Assembly: GCA_963710645.1 (NCBI GenBank)
Contig: CAVQBD010000002.1
Coordinates: forward strand, 138,828-202,827
Length of the DNA stretch: 64,000 bases
Source of the DNA: an uncultured Holophagae bacterium
GTDB lineage: Bacteria > Acidobacteriota > Thermoanaerobaculia > Thermoanaerobaculales > Sulfomarinibacteraceae
Direction: 5' to 3'
Position numbers and translations under genes: made by a program. The notes beneath the pieces were generated by a model. That model was not told where the DNA came from and ran no database searches. It saw only the letters and a list, made by a program, of their open reading frames with translations. This document shows, in pieces, positions 1 through 12,779 of this stretch (positions are counted from its first letter, which is position 1; each line of letters begins with the position of its first letter).

Positions 1-3
1 CCC

Positions 4-4864
<4,861 letters not shown>

Positions 4865-4874
4865 TCGGTCACTG

Positions 4875-4916
4875 GTGAACGGTGAATAGTGAATAGTGAA
4901 TAGTGAATAGTGAATA
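4875..4916. repeat. Heptamer tandem array, GTGAATA x5 plus one degenerate unit
   Basis: Read directly from the DNA. It starts 11 nt after the TAG stop at 4862-4864. Confidence 0.95.
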
Positions 4917-4975
4917 GGGGGCAAGGGGGTAGGGGGCAGCCGAAAAAACGGTACAGGTCGCGGTGCGATGGAATC

Positions 4976-5071
4976 GTAGGCGCGCATCTCATGCGCGTTC
5001 CCGTGACGAATCAGCGATGCGGGAAGATCCTGCGATTGGCGGCCGACTGCGCGCGTAAGACGCGCGCCTAC
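4976..5071. other. GC-rich twin-hairpin element bounded by a 10-bp inverted repeat
   Basis: GTAGGCGCGC (4976-4985) pairs with GCGCGCCTAC (5062-5071). Internal hairpins are CGCGCAT-ctc-ATGCGCG (4981-4997) and GCGCGCG-taaga-CGCGCGC (5049-5067). Confidence 0.6.
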
Positions 5072-5089
5072 TGGTACCTTGAATCCGGC

Positions 5090-5142
5090 ATCTTGGATCT
5101 TGGATCTTGCATCTTGCATCTTGGATCTTAGATTTTGGATCT
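5090..5142. repeat. Heptamer tandem array, ATCTTGG/ATCTTGC, about 7.5 units
   Basis: Read directly from the DNA. It ends about 60 nt upstream of ATG 5202. Confidence 0.95.
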
Positions 5143-5201
5143 CCGACCAGTCACGCAAAAACCGTTGTACGCTTATAGGGCACTGGTCGAAAGGAGCGCT
5201 C

Positions 5202-5417
5202 ATGGAGATTCCAGGCAAGGTCTCCCTGTACTGTCCGCTGGTGGATGCAAAGGGCACTGCGGCAACCCTGGTCGCGGTCTCCCCACAGGGCTACTATCAG
5301 CTCGAGGTGATGGTCCAAGGCAATCGTCACACCATGTTCGTGCCGGTGGGTCATGCCGCGCTGTACTTCTCAGAACCCGAGATCGAACCCGACGAAGATC
5401 TCGAAATCGAACGTTGA
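5202..5417 (+). CDS. Small hypothetical protein (71 aa)
   Basis: ATG 5202 lies 6 nt after an AAGGAG RBS (5191-5196). It is the in-frame inner part of ORF 5079..5417, whose upstream part runs through ATCTTGG repeats. No family was recognised. Confidence 0.55.
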   Translation: MEIPGKVSLYCPLVDAKGTAATLVAVSPQGYYQLEVMVQGNRHTMFVPVGHAALYFSEPEIEPDEDLEIER

Positions 5418-5478
5418 ACGTCGCAGAACGCGGGATGAAGCGCGAATAATCGGGGGTCATGCTGCTGTTAAAGGTGGC

Positions 5479-6633
5479 GTGACCCAATTGGAAGATCTCC
5501 GCGATGTACTGGGCGAATCTCTGCCCGCGGTGCTGGAAAACCTCTCCGAGGCCGTGCTGATCCTGGATCACCAGCGCACGCTCAGGTTCGTCAATGAACG
5601 CGCCCGGCGTCTGCTCGGCTATGGCGAGTCCGAACCGCTGGGCGGCAGGTGTCGACTCACGACCCGTGGCATCGACTGCGAGAATGCGTGCCCCTTGACC
5701 TTCGCCCTGGAGAGTCGTCTGGACCGCGTCGACGATTTTGAAACGGTCTATCACACCCGGGACGGAAGAGCAGTTGCGCTCAAGGTGACGGTCATTCCGC
5801 TGAATGACTCCGATGGTGGCTTCCGAGGGGCTGTGGAGATCCTGAGGCCCACCGAGCCGGATCCCGGGGTGCTCCTTTCCGGACGAAGCGATGCGGCGCT
5901 GGCACTGCGTGACCGGGTCGCCGAGTTGGCCACATCCGATGCTCACCTGATGTTGGTCGGCGCGTCACCGGCGTGTTCGGACGTGGCGAGGACCATCCAC
6001 CGCTACTCCGGTGTGGCGGAGTCACTCTTCCATTGCTGGAATGGCTCCTGGAGTGGCATTCCGCCGTGGCCTCCGGGAACCATGTTTGCCGCCTCCGATG
6101 GCGAGGCGGGACCGTTGTCGGAAACCCCTCCCGAGGGATGGCGGGTCATCGTCGGTGTTGACGAACCGCCGGATGTGCACGGTGATGATTTGTTGCCGCA
6201 CGAGGTGGTGGAAATTCCGACGGCGAAAGACCTCCGGGTTGATATCCCGCTGATAGTGTCCGCTTGGTTGCGCGAGCTTGCTCCTTCGCTAAAAATCCAC
6301 CCGCTTGCCCTCGATAAGTTGACCAGGGTGGCTCAGGACGTGGGATTCGAACGATTTCAGAGGGTGCTGCATGGGGCGGTGGGAGCCGCCGGGGACCAAT
6401 TAGAAGAGCACCACATCCCCGAAGACGGATATCGGGCAGCCTATGTTGACGAGTTGTTGGCGCAGGACGATCCGTTGTCAGCCCTCGAGCGACGGTTGCT
6501 CTTCGAGGTGCTGGAACGCAGTGGCTGGCGGATGCAGGAGGCGGCCGATCGGCTCGGCATCTCCCGGGTGACCCTGTGGCGGAAACTCAAGGACCACGGC
6601 ATCGAACGGCCGAACAACCACTGTGAGAAGTGA
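5479..6633 (+). CDS. PAS-domain, degenerate sigma-54-activator-like protein with Fis-type HTH
   Basis: Part of ORF 5353..6633; the start is uncertain (GTG 5479 proposed). It has a Cys-rich PAS (GGRCRLTTRGIDCENACPL). The AAA+-like core has no Walker A (LVGASPACSD in its place) and no GAFTGA. The C-terminal HTH reads MQEAADRLGISRVTLWRKLK. Confidence 0.7.
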   Translation: MTQLEDLRDVLGESLPAVLENLSEAVLILDHQRTLRFVNERARRLLGYGESEPLGGRCRLTTRGIDCENACPLTFALESRLDRVDDFETVYHTRDGRAVALKVTVIPLNDSDGGFRGAVEILRPTEPDPGVLLSGRSDAALALRDRVAELATSDAHLMLVGASPACSDVARTIHRYSGVAESLFHCWNGSWSGIPPWPPGTMFAASDGEAGPLSETPPEGWRVIVGVDEPPDVHGDDLLPHEVVEIPTAKDLRVDIPLIVSAWLRELAPSLKIHPLALDKLTRVAQDVGFERFQRVLHGAVGAAGDQLEEHHIPEDGYRAAYVDELLAQDDPLSALERRLLFEVLERSGWRMQEAADRLGISRVTLWRKLKDHGIERPNNHCEK

Positions 6634-6653
6634 AGGGTTTGTGCGGGCCTTGG

Positions 6654-6690
6654 GGAATTAGAAATTAGAAATTAGAAATTAGAAATGTGA
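6654..6690. repeat. Heptamer tandem array, GAAATTA, about 5 units
   Basis: Located between convergent genes. A related degenerate array (CCCATTT CTATTTT CCCATTC TGCCTAT) at 6731-6760 abuts the stop of the minus-strand regulator. Confidence 0.9.
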
Positions 6691-6755
6691 AGTGGTTCCC
6701 GTCCGCCCGGGGAGCCTGGGATCCTCAAATTCCCATTTCTATTTTCCCATTCTGC

Positions 6756-7505
6756 CTATTCTTCCGGGTCGCCGGTGAACCGGTATCCCACTCCACGGAC
6801 GGTGTGGAAGTGAAGGGGGTGGCGGGGATCCTCCTCGAAGTGTTTCCGGAGCCGGTGGACAAAGGTGTCCAGAGTGCGTGTTGAAGTATCGAAAGTGTAG
6901 CCCCAGACCCTCTCGAGGAGTTCGCCGCGAGTGAGGACCCTGCCGTCGTTCTCGGCAAAGAAACGGACCAGCATCACCTCTCGTTCGGTCAACGATACCG
7001 GTCCATCGCTGGTATTGGCGCGCATGGTCGTCATGTCGAGTTCGTGCTCCCCGACGCGAATCACGGGCCCGGTTTGAGCGGGAGTGCGGGACCATGCGGC
7101 CCGCCGCAGGATGCCTCGGACCCTGAGTACCAGTTCCTCGACGACAAAGGGCTTTGGAAGGTAGTCGTCCGCGCCGAGCTGCAGACCCAAAACCCGATCG
7201 GCGTCGCTGCCTCGAGCCGTGAGGAACAATATGGGAATCGTGTCTCCCTGGGCGCGAAGCCGACGACAGACCTCGAGGCCATCGATGCCAGGCAGCATGA
7301 TGTCGAGAATTACCAGCCCGTAGTTCGGGTCCGCCCCGCCGATTTCCTCGAGAGCGTCCTCACCGCTGTGGACACTCGAGACCCCGAAGCCCTCCATCTC
7401 GAGATTGCGGCACAACCCCTGGGCAAGCCTCACATCGTCTTCCACGACGAGCAATCGCGGGGCGGGCCTGTCCTGATCGACGGTGTTCACACGGGCCTCC
7501 TGCAC
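6756..7505 (-). CDS. OmpR-family response regulator (winged helix)
   Basis: Receiver (LLVVEDD...LDIMLPGIDG...LTARG...ADDYLPKPF) plus the trans_reg_C signature (VHRLRKH...TVRGVGYRF). Confidence 0.9.
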   Translation of the reverse strand: MQEARVNTVDQDRPAPRLLVVEDDVRLAQGLCRNLEMEGFGVSSVHSGEDALEEIGGADPNYGLVILDIMLPGIDGLEVCRRLRAQGDTIPILFLTARGSDADRVLGLQLGADDYLPKPFVVEELVLRVRGILRRAAWSRTPAQTGPVIRVGEHELDMTTMRANTSDGPVSLTEREVMLVRFFAENDGRVLTRGELLERVWGYTFDTSTRTLDTFVHRLRKHFEEDPRHPLHFHTVRGVGYRFTGDPEE

Positions 7506-7689
7506 ATTGTCTGTACCTATTGTAGCCCCCCGGCCCGTCCAGCCGGTGTGGACGGTGTGGATTCCCGCATCCGAGTCCGTGCCCGATGAGGGCTCCGAAT
7601 TCCAAGCGAGTGGAAGAACCCAGATCCCGGAACCCGAAAACAGGCAGATTGTCGCCGGCTATAATCGCGATCTGTGCGGGAGGTGCCTG

Positions 7690-8208
7690 ATGAGGTCACG
7701 ACGTCTTTGGTTGGTTCCGATCCTCGCTCTGCTGCTCACCGGCACTGCTGCCGCCGGCAAGATCGGTTTTCTGGACGCCGAGCGCGCGGTGATCACCGTG
7801 GACGAGGGCAAGGCCCAGGTCAAGCAGCTCGAGGACTGGGCGAACCCGCAACGGGAGAAGGTCGAAGAGTTGGCGCAGCGCGTGAACGGGTTGCGGGAGC
7901 AGCTCGAGGCCCAACGCCGGGTGGCCTCTCCGGAGACCGTCGCTCAGCTCGAGCAGCAGGAGATGAGCGCCCGGCGCTCCTTCGAAGAAGCCCGCGTGAA
8001 TTTCGAACGACAGCTCGAACAGAAACAAAACGAGTTTTTGGCGGATGTGGCGGTGAAGGTGGGCCGGGTGGCCAGTGACTACGCCAAGGCCAACGATTTC
8101 GATGCGGTGTTCGTGCTCACGGCACAGCCCCTGGTGTACATTGCTGAATCCGCCGACCTCACCGACACCGTGATCAGGCTCTACAACGAACGGTTTCCGG
8201 CGAAATAG
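7690..8208 (+). CDS. skp: OmpH/Skp-family periplasmic chaperone
   Basis: ATG 7690, inner start of ORF 7483..8208. Signal peptide MRSRRLWLVPILALLLTGTAAA and a coiled-coil-rich body ending in DFDAVFV...VYIAESADLTDTVIRLYN. Confidence 0.8.
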   Translation: MRSRRLWLVPILALLLTGTAAAGKIGFLDAERAVITVDEGKAQVKQLEDWANPQREKVEELAQRVNGLREQLEAQRRVASPETVAQLEQQEMSARRSFEEARVNFERQLEQKQNEFLADVAVKVGRVASDYAKANDFDAVFVLTAQPLVYIAESADLTDTVIRLYNERFPAK

Positions 8209-8235
8209 TCGGTCGAAAGTCGAAAGTCGAAGGTT
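8209..8235. repeat. Heptamer tandem array, GTCGAAA, about 3.5 units
   Basis: It begins at the skp stop codon. The 11-mer AATAGTCGGTC, which contains the stop, is identical at 4860-4870 and 8204-8214. Confidence 0.9.
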
Positions 8236-8280
8236 GTCCTGGCCTTCCCGGAGCGCTAGGGCACGACGAGTGTTACCAAG

Positions 8281-8336
8281 CTGCCCGCTGCTCCCTGCCC
8301 CCTACTGCCTACTGCCTACTGCCTGCCGCCTGCCCG
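8281..8336. repeat. Heptamer tandem array, CTGCCCG/CTACTGC, 8 units
   Basis: CTGCCCG CTGCTCC CTGCCCC CTACTGC CTACTGC CTACTGC CTGCCGC CTGCCCG. Confidence 0.9.
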
Positions 8337-8423
8337 TTGGGCGGTTGGTCGGGCGGGGTTTTCGAATTTTACATTTCACATTTCGAATTGGGTGGGCGGG
8401 GGCCAGATATACTCGCCGCACCC

Positions 8424-11198
8424 ATGAGGCGCCTCACCCTCCCCGGATTGCGACTCGTCGCGCTGACCCTGGTGGTGGCGTTCTGGGCGGCCTTGGCCGC
8501 GGCCTCGGTGGAGGTTCTGGATCACCACGTTCCAGCCGAAGTGGAGCCGGGATCGAGGGCTACGGTAACGGTGGAGATCGCCAATCGAGGGGTTGATCCC
8601 TGGGATCCGGCGCTGGGGTACAAGCTCTCCTATCACTGGTTCGACGCAGACGGCGATGTGTTGGTATGGGATGGAGTGCGCACCGAGTTGTCGCGAGTCG
8701 TCGGAGTCGGAGAGGCGGTGGAACTCGAGGCTGTTATCGAGGTCCCCGGGCGGGAGGGCCGGCTTCAGCTGCAGTGGGACGTAGTCCAGGAGGGCCAGCG
8801 GTGGATGTCCGAGACCGACGATGCGACCGCGCGGCTCATAACGGTCGTCGCGGGCGTGGATTACGCATTTTCGATCGTGCGGGGCTCCGCCCCCCACCGC
8901 ATGGCGCCGGGCCGACGAACTGAACGTGAGCTGGTGGTTCGAAACGACGGCTCGCTGGAATGGCCGGCCGGGGCGGAAATCGCGGTCTCCTACCATTGGC
9001 TGACGCGGGACGGTGAGACTGTGGTGTGGGACGGGCTGCGGACGGCTCTGCCCACCAGAGTGTCTCCGGGACGCGAGGTCAAGGTCTCTGCCGTGGTGGA
9101 GGCACCAGGTCGATCGGGCAGGTATGAGCTGCAATGGGACCTGGTCCACGAGGGGGTTTTGTGGTTCAGCCAGCGGGATCCTTCGCCCGAGCCGCCATCA
9201 ACGGTTGCGGTGATGGGACTCGCCACCCTGGGGCTCGCAGGTTGGGCTGTGATCAGCCTGGGGCTTGCGATGGTGGCGGTTGTGGTTGCCGGCGGGCGGT
9301 TGCGACCGTTGGCCGGGTTGGTGGCGTTGGCGGACATCCCGTGGTGTGTCGCAGCCGTGATCGTGAAACAGAACGCCGTCCTGCTGGAGTTCGGACAGTC
9401 GCCGGGGTCGTGGTCCGTTCTTCTGACCGTGGCGGGGATTTTTGTGCTCTTGTTGCCGGCTCTGTTCTTTCCGCCGCGGTTTCGGGTGTGGTGCAGTTGG
9501 GTCCTGGCGGCCGTTGCTTCGGCGGTCCTGTACGCCGATCTGGTGTACGGGAGGTTCTTCGGTGACCTCCTGTCGGTGTCGGTGGCGGGCGCAGCGGGCC
9601 ACACCGACGAGGTGAGTGCCAGCATCATCAGCCTGCTGAGACCCGGTGACGTGTGGTTCTGGCTCGACCTTGTGGCCGGGGTCGTGCTGGTTGCCGCGGT
9701 GGCCCGGCTCGCCGCGATGCTCGATGAGCGGCCTCCGCGAGTTGTGGCCGGCGGGCTGGCGGCGGTCGTGATTCTCGGCGGGCTGGTGGCGATGTCCCTG
9801 GTCCGATCGCAGGCGGTCTCCGTCAGCCAGATCTTTCGTAACGTCTACCTCGCGAGGGAGATCGGCGTCCTCAATTTCCACGTCGTTGATGCTGGTGCGG
9901 GCCTGTTCCGGAGTGTTGAATCCGGTCCGCTTGATGAATCGGAGGTGGCGCGTCTGACGCAGTGGTTTGCCGACCGGTGGCCGTCGAGAACGGGTGTGGG
10001 GCCGGCTTTCGGTGCGGCGGCAGGTGCCAATGTGGTGATGGTGCAAGCCGAGTCGTTGCAGGCGTTCGTGCTCGGTCTTTCAGTCCGTGGCCAGGAGATT
10101 ACCCCATTCCTTAACCGCTGGTCCCAGAGTGCGCTGGTGTTTTCCAACGTCACCGACCAGACGGCACAAGGCCGGTCGTCCGACTCGGAACTCGCCACCC
10201 AGGTGTCGCTGTTGCCACCTCCCGCAGGGGCCGCGGCGTTCCTTTATGCGGGCAACGACTTCACCGGCATGGCCGGCATCCTGGACGGTCTTGGATATCA
10301 CACGCTGTCGGCGGTGGCGTTCGAGGCCTCGTTCTGGAATCGGCAGTTGACCCATGCCGGGTATGGCTACTCCGAGAGCCTCTTCGAGGGTGAATTCGAG
10401 GGCGGACCGGCCGTGGGATGGGGTCTGAACGACCGGAGTTTCTTCCAACAGATGGCCGGTCGGCTGGCCGGGCTGCCGGAGCCATTTTGCGCATATTTGT
10501 TGACCTTGTCGCTCCACCACCCCTTCGATGGTTTTCCTGAGCAGTTCAAAGAACTCGATCTGGGCGATCAGGAGGGACAACCGATTGGCAACTATCTCCA
10601 CACGATGCGGTTTTTTGACCGGGCCTTCGAAGCTCTGATCTCAGAGCTCGAGTCGACGGGGCTGGCCGAACGAACATTGGTGGTGGTCTGGGGGGACCAC
10701 GACGCGGGCTTCGAGTGGACGCCAGAGTTCGCGGCCCTGACCGGCCACAGGCCGGATCCGGTGGGCTGGTACCAGAGCCAAATGGTGCCGCTACTGATCA
10801 AAGTCCCGGGGGCCGAAGGACCGAGCGGCGATGTGGGGGCGCCGGCCGGACATCAGGATGTGGCGCCGACCCTTCTGGCATTGCTTGGAGTGGACCCGGC
10901 GCCGTATGCCTTCGTTGGTCGCAACCTGCTGGGCGATCCCGGCAGCGGTCCGGTGGTTGGCGAGTACCACTGTTGGCGTGACGCGCGGCACATTTTCCTC
11001 CAGGGCGGAGGTCGGCTGGAAGACGGAGAGTGCTTCATCCTGCCGGATCTCACACCGGTGGCCCCAGCGGCGTGTGCCGACGGATTCGCGGCCGCCATGG
11101 CTCAGGTCGATGCATCGCGGATCGTGCTCGAGCACGATCTGCAGGCGGAGATCCATCGGCGGTTGGTCAATGGAGATGGTGGGAAGGTGAAAAGGTGA
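8424..11198 (+). CDS. Membrane protein with two N-terminal Ig-like repeats and a C-terminal LTA-synthase/sulfatase (alkaline-phosphatase superfamily) domain
   Basis: ATG 8424 followed by a signal/TM segment. There is a duplicated roughly 110-aa module (YKLSYHWFDADGDVLVWDGVRT...LQLQWDVVQEG versus VSYHWLTRDGETVVWDGLRT...YELQWDLVHEG). A multi-TM block follows, then sulfatase-like motifs (VVMVQAESLQ, GWGLNDRSFF, LSLHHPF, VVWGDHDAG). Confidence 0.75.
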   Translation: MRRLTLPGLRLVALTLVVAFWAALAAASVEVLDHHVPAEVEPGSRATVTVEIANRGVDPWDPALGYKLSYHWFDADGDVLVWDGVRTELSRVVGVGEAVELEAVIEVPGREGRLQLQWDVVQEGQRWMSETDDATARLITVVAGVDYAFSIVRGSAPHRMAPGRRTERELVVRNDGSLEWPAGAEIAVSYHWLTRDGETVVWDGLRTALPTRVSPGREVKVSAVVEAPGRSGRYELQWDLVHEGVLWFSQRDPSPEPPSTVAVMGLATLGLAGWAVISLGLAMVAVVVAGGRLRPLAGLVALADIPWCVAAVIVKQNAVLLEFGQSPGSWSVLLTVAGIFVLLLPALFFPPRFRVWCSWVLAAVASAVLYADLVYGRFFGDLLSVSVAGAAGHTDEVSASIISLLRPGDVWFWLDLVAGVVLVAAVARLAAMLDERPPRVVAGGLAAVVILGGLVAMSLVRSQAVSVSQIFRNVYLAREIGVLNFHVVDAGAGLFRSVESGPLDESEVARLTQWFADRWPSRTGVGPAFGAAAGANVVMVQAESLQAFVLGLSVRGQEITPFLNRWSQSALVFSNVTDQTAQGRSSDSELATQVSLLPPPAGAAAFLYAGNDFTGMAGILDGLGYHTLSAVAFEASFWNRQLTHAGYGYSESLFEGEFEGGPAVGWGLNDRSFFQQMAGRLAGLPEPFCAYLLTLSLHHPFDGFPEQFKELDLGDQEGQPIGNYLHTMRFFDRAFEALISELESTGLAERTLVVVWGDHDAGFEWTPEFAALTGHRPDPVGWYQSQMVPLLIKVPGAEGPSGDVGAPAGHQDVAPTLLALLGVDPAPYAFVGRNLLGDPGSGPVVGEYHCWRDARHIFLQGGGRLEDGECFILPDLTPVAPAACADGFAAAMAQVDASRIVLEHDLQAEIHRRLVNGDGGKVKR

Positions 11199-11207
11199 GA
11201 AGGTGAG
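11176..11207. repeat. Period 7-8 array, (R)AAGGTG x4, overlapping the end of a CDS
   Basis: GGTGGGAAGGTGAAAAGGTGAGAAGGTGAGCGG. The TGA stop of the LtaS-like gene (11196-11198) lies inside the array. Confidence 0.8.
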
Positions 11208-11335
11208 CGGTCCCCCTCTCACCCGGAGCGTTCTTAGTGTCGGCCCTGGCACCGGGAGGCCCTGATAGCGGGACGAAGCGCCCGAAGTGTCGGCCCTGGC
11301 ACCGAGAGGGGCCCTTGTTCCATCTGGCACCGGGA

Positions 11336-11497
11336 GGCGCGTTCGGTTTGACTCGGTGATTTCGTCGCGCCCATCTCCCAACCGCGCTCCCCGCGGGAGC
11401 CACCCCTGACACTTATCGGGATCCGAGGACGTTGAGAACCCCAAGGGGACGACCCCGAAAGTGTCAGAAGTGGCACGCCCGCCCATCGCGCCCACAG
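11336..11497 (-). repeat. Dispersed roughly 160-nt repeat, copy A (inverted relative to copy B at 23806-23966)
   Basis: The reverse complement aligns by eye with 23806-23966. The shared cores are GGGCGCG(T)ATGGGCGGGCGTGCC and GTGTCAGGGGTGGC..C..CGGGGAGCGCGGTTGGGAGATGGGCGCG. Confidence 0.8.
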
Positions 11498-11651
11498 GCG
11501 CTCCGGATCGGTGAGGGCCACAACCCACAACCTACACCCTGGTCGGGCGGGGGAATTGACACTCCCGGTGCTTGCTTGTCCTATTGACTGTCGGCGGTGC
11601 CCTCCCTACGATGAACTGGTCCCGCCGCACCTCGGAATCAAAGGAGCCAAC

Positions 11652-12695
11652 ATGAATCAGAAGGCCGACAAGCTCAAGGCATTGGAGACCGCCATCGGGC
11701 AGATCGAACGGCAGTTCGGCAAGGGTGCGGTCATGCGCATGGGGGAGCAGCCGGGGATCCGGGTGAACATCATCCCCACCGGATCGATCGCTCTTGATGC
11801 GGCCCTGGGCGTGGGCGGTGTCCCCCGCGGCCGCGTGATCGAGATCTATGGGCCCGAGTCCTCCGGGAAGACGACCCTCGCCCTGCACGTGATCGCCAAT
11901 GCCCAGGCCACCGGCGGGCTGGCCGCGTTCATCGACGCGGAGCACGCTCTCGATCCGGAATATGCCGGCAAACTGGGGGTCAATCTGGACGAGCTCTTGA
12001 TCTCTCAGCCGGACTTTGGTGAACAGGCGTTGGAGATTGCCGAGACCTTGATCCGGTCGGGTTCGGTGGACGTCATTGTGGTGGACTCGGTGGCGGCGCT
12101 GGTCCCCAGGGCCGAACTCGAGGGCGACATGGGAGACGCGCAGATGGGACTTCAGGCCCGTCTGATGTCGCAGGCCCTGCGGAAGCTCGCGGGCATCGTC
12201 TCCAAGTCCAACACCAGCCTGGTTTTCATCAACCAGGTCCGGGAGAAGATCGGAGTCATGTTCGGCAACCCGGAGACCACCACCGGTGGCCGGGCCCTCA
12301 AGTTTTACAGCTCGGTGAGGATCGACATCCGGCGCACCAGCGCCATCAAACAGGGCGACGCGGTCATCGGCAACCGCACTAAGGCGAAGGTGGCCAAGAA
12401 CAAGGTCGCCGCACCATTCAAGATCGCCGAGTTCGACATTCTGTACGGTGAGGGGATCTCACGCACCGGCGAACTGCTGGATCTCGGTGTGGAGCACAAG
12501 CTGGTCCAGAAGTCGGGTTCCTGGTATTCGGCGGGGGAGACCCGGATCGGCCAGGGCCGTGAGGCGGCGCGGGCTTTTCTGGCCGAAAACTCTGAGTTGG
12601 CAGCGGAGATCGAGTACAAGCTGAGGGAGGCTCTGGGGCTGATTCCGACAAAGGAAACCAAGAGTCCGGATGCCGCTGAGAAACCCTCAGACTGA
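11652..12695 (+). CDS. recA: Recombinase RecA
   Basis: ATG 11652 follows an AAGGAG RBS. Walker [11 protein letters not shown], and the classic [16 protein letters not shown]-terminus. Confidence 0.97.
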   Translation: MNQKADKLKALETAIGQIERQFGKGAVMRMGEQPGIRVNIIPTGSIALDAALGVGGVPRGRVIEIYGPESSGKTTLALHVIANAQATGGLAAFIDAEHALDPEYAGKLGVNLDELLISQPDFGEQALEIAETLIRSGSVDVIVVDSVAALVPRAELEGDMGDAQMGLQARLMSQALRKLAGIVSKSNTSLVFINQVREKIGVMFGNPETTTGGRALKFYSSVRIDIRRTSAIKQGDAVIGNRTKAKVAKNKVAAPFKIAEFDILYGEGISRTGELLDLGVEHKLVQKSGSWYSAGETRIGQGREAARAFLAENSELAAEIEYKLREALGLIPTKETKSPDAAEKPSD

Positions 12696-12779
12696 GGTCC
12701 TCGGAATATCTGACCCCACCACACTGTGTTTTGATTGGCGGTGGCCCGGTGCGCCGCAGCGTTCTTCTGAGAGGTGAGC

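Noticed and set aside
4914-4938. G-quadruplex candidate GGGGG-caa-GGGGG-ta-GGGGG
   Set aside because: Only three G-runs are present and no fourth is nearby, so a canonical intramolecular G4 is not supported.
4875-5142. Possible CRISPR array, suggested by the regular short repeats
   Set aside because: The units are 7 nt and directly abutting, with no spacers. No cas genes are present in the window. These are microsatellites, not CRISPR.
11238-11335. Three TGGCACCG(G/A)GAGG motifs that look like sigma-54 -24 boxes
   Set aside because: No TTGC follows at the correct spacing. They are part of an internal tandem repeat of the dispersed element.
11556-11587. Sigma-70 promoter for recA (TTGACA, then 19-20 nt, then CTATTG/TATTGA)
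   Set aside because: The -10 match and the spacing are both poor. I also could not recognise a LexA box for an unknown lineage.
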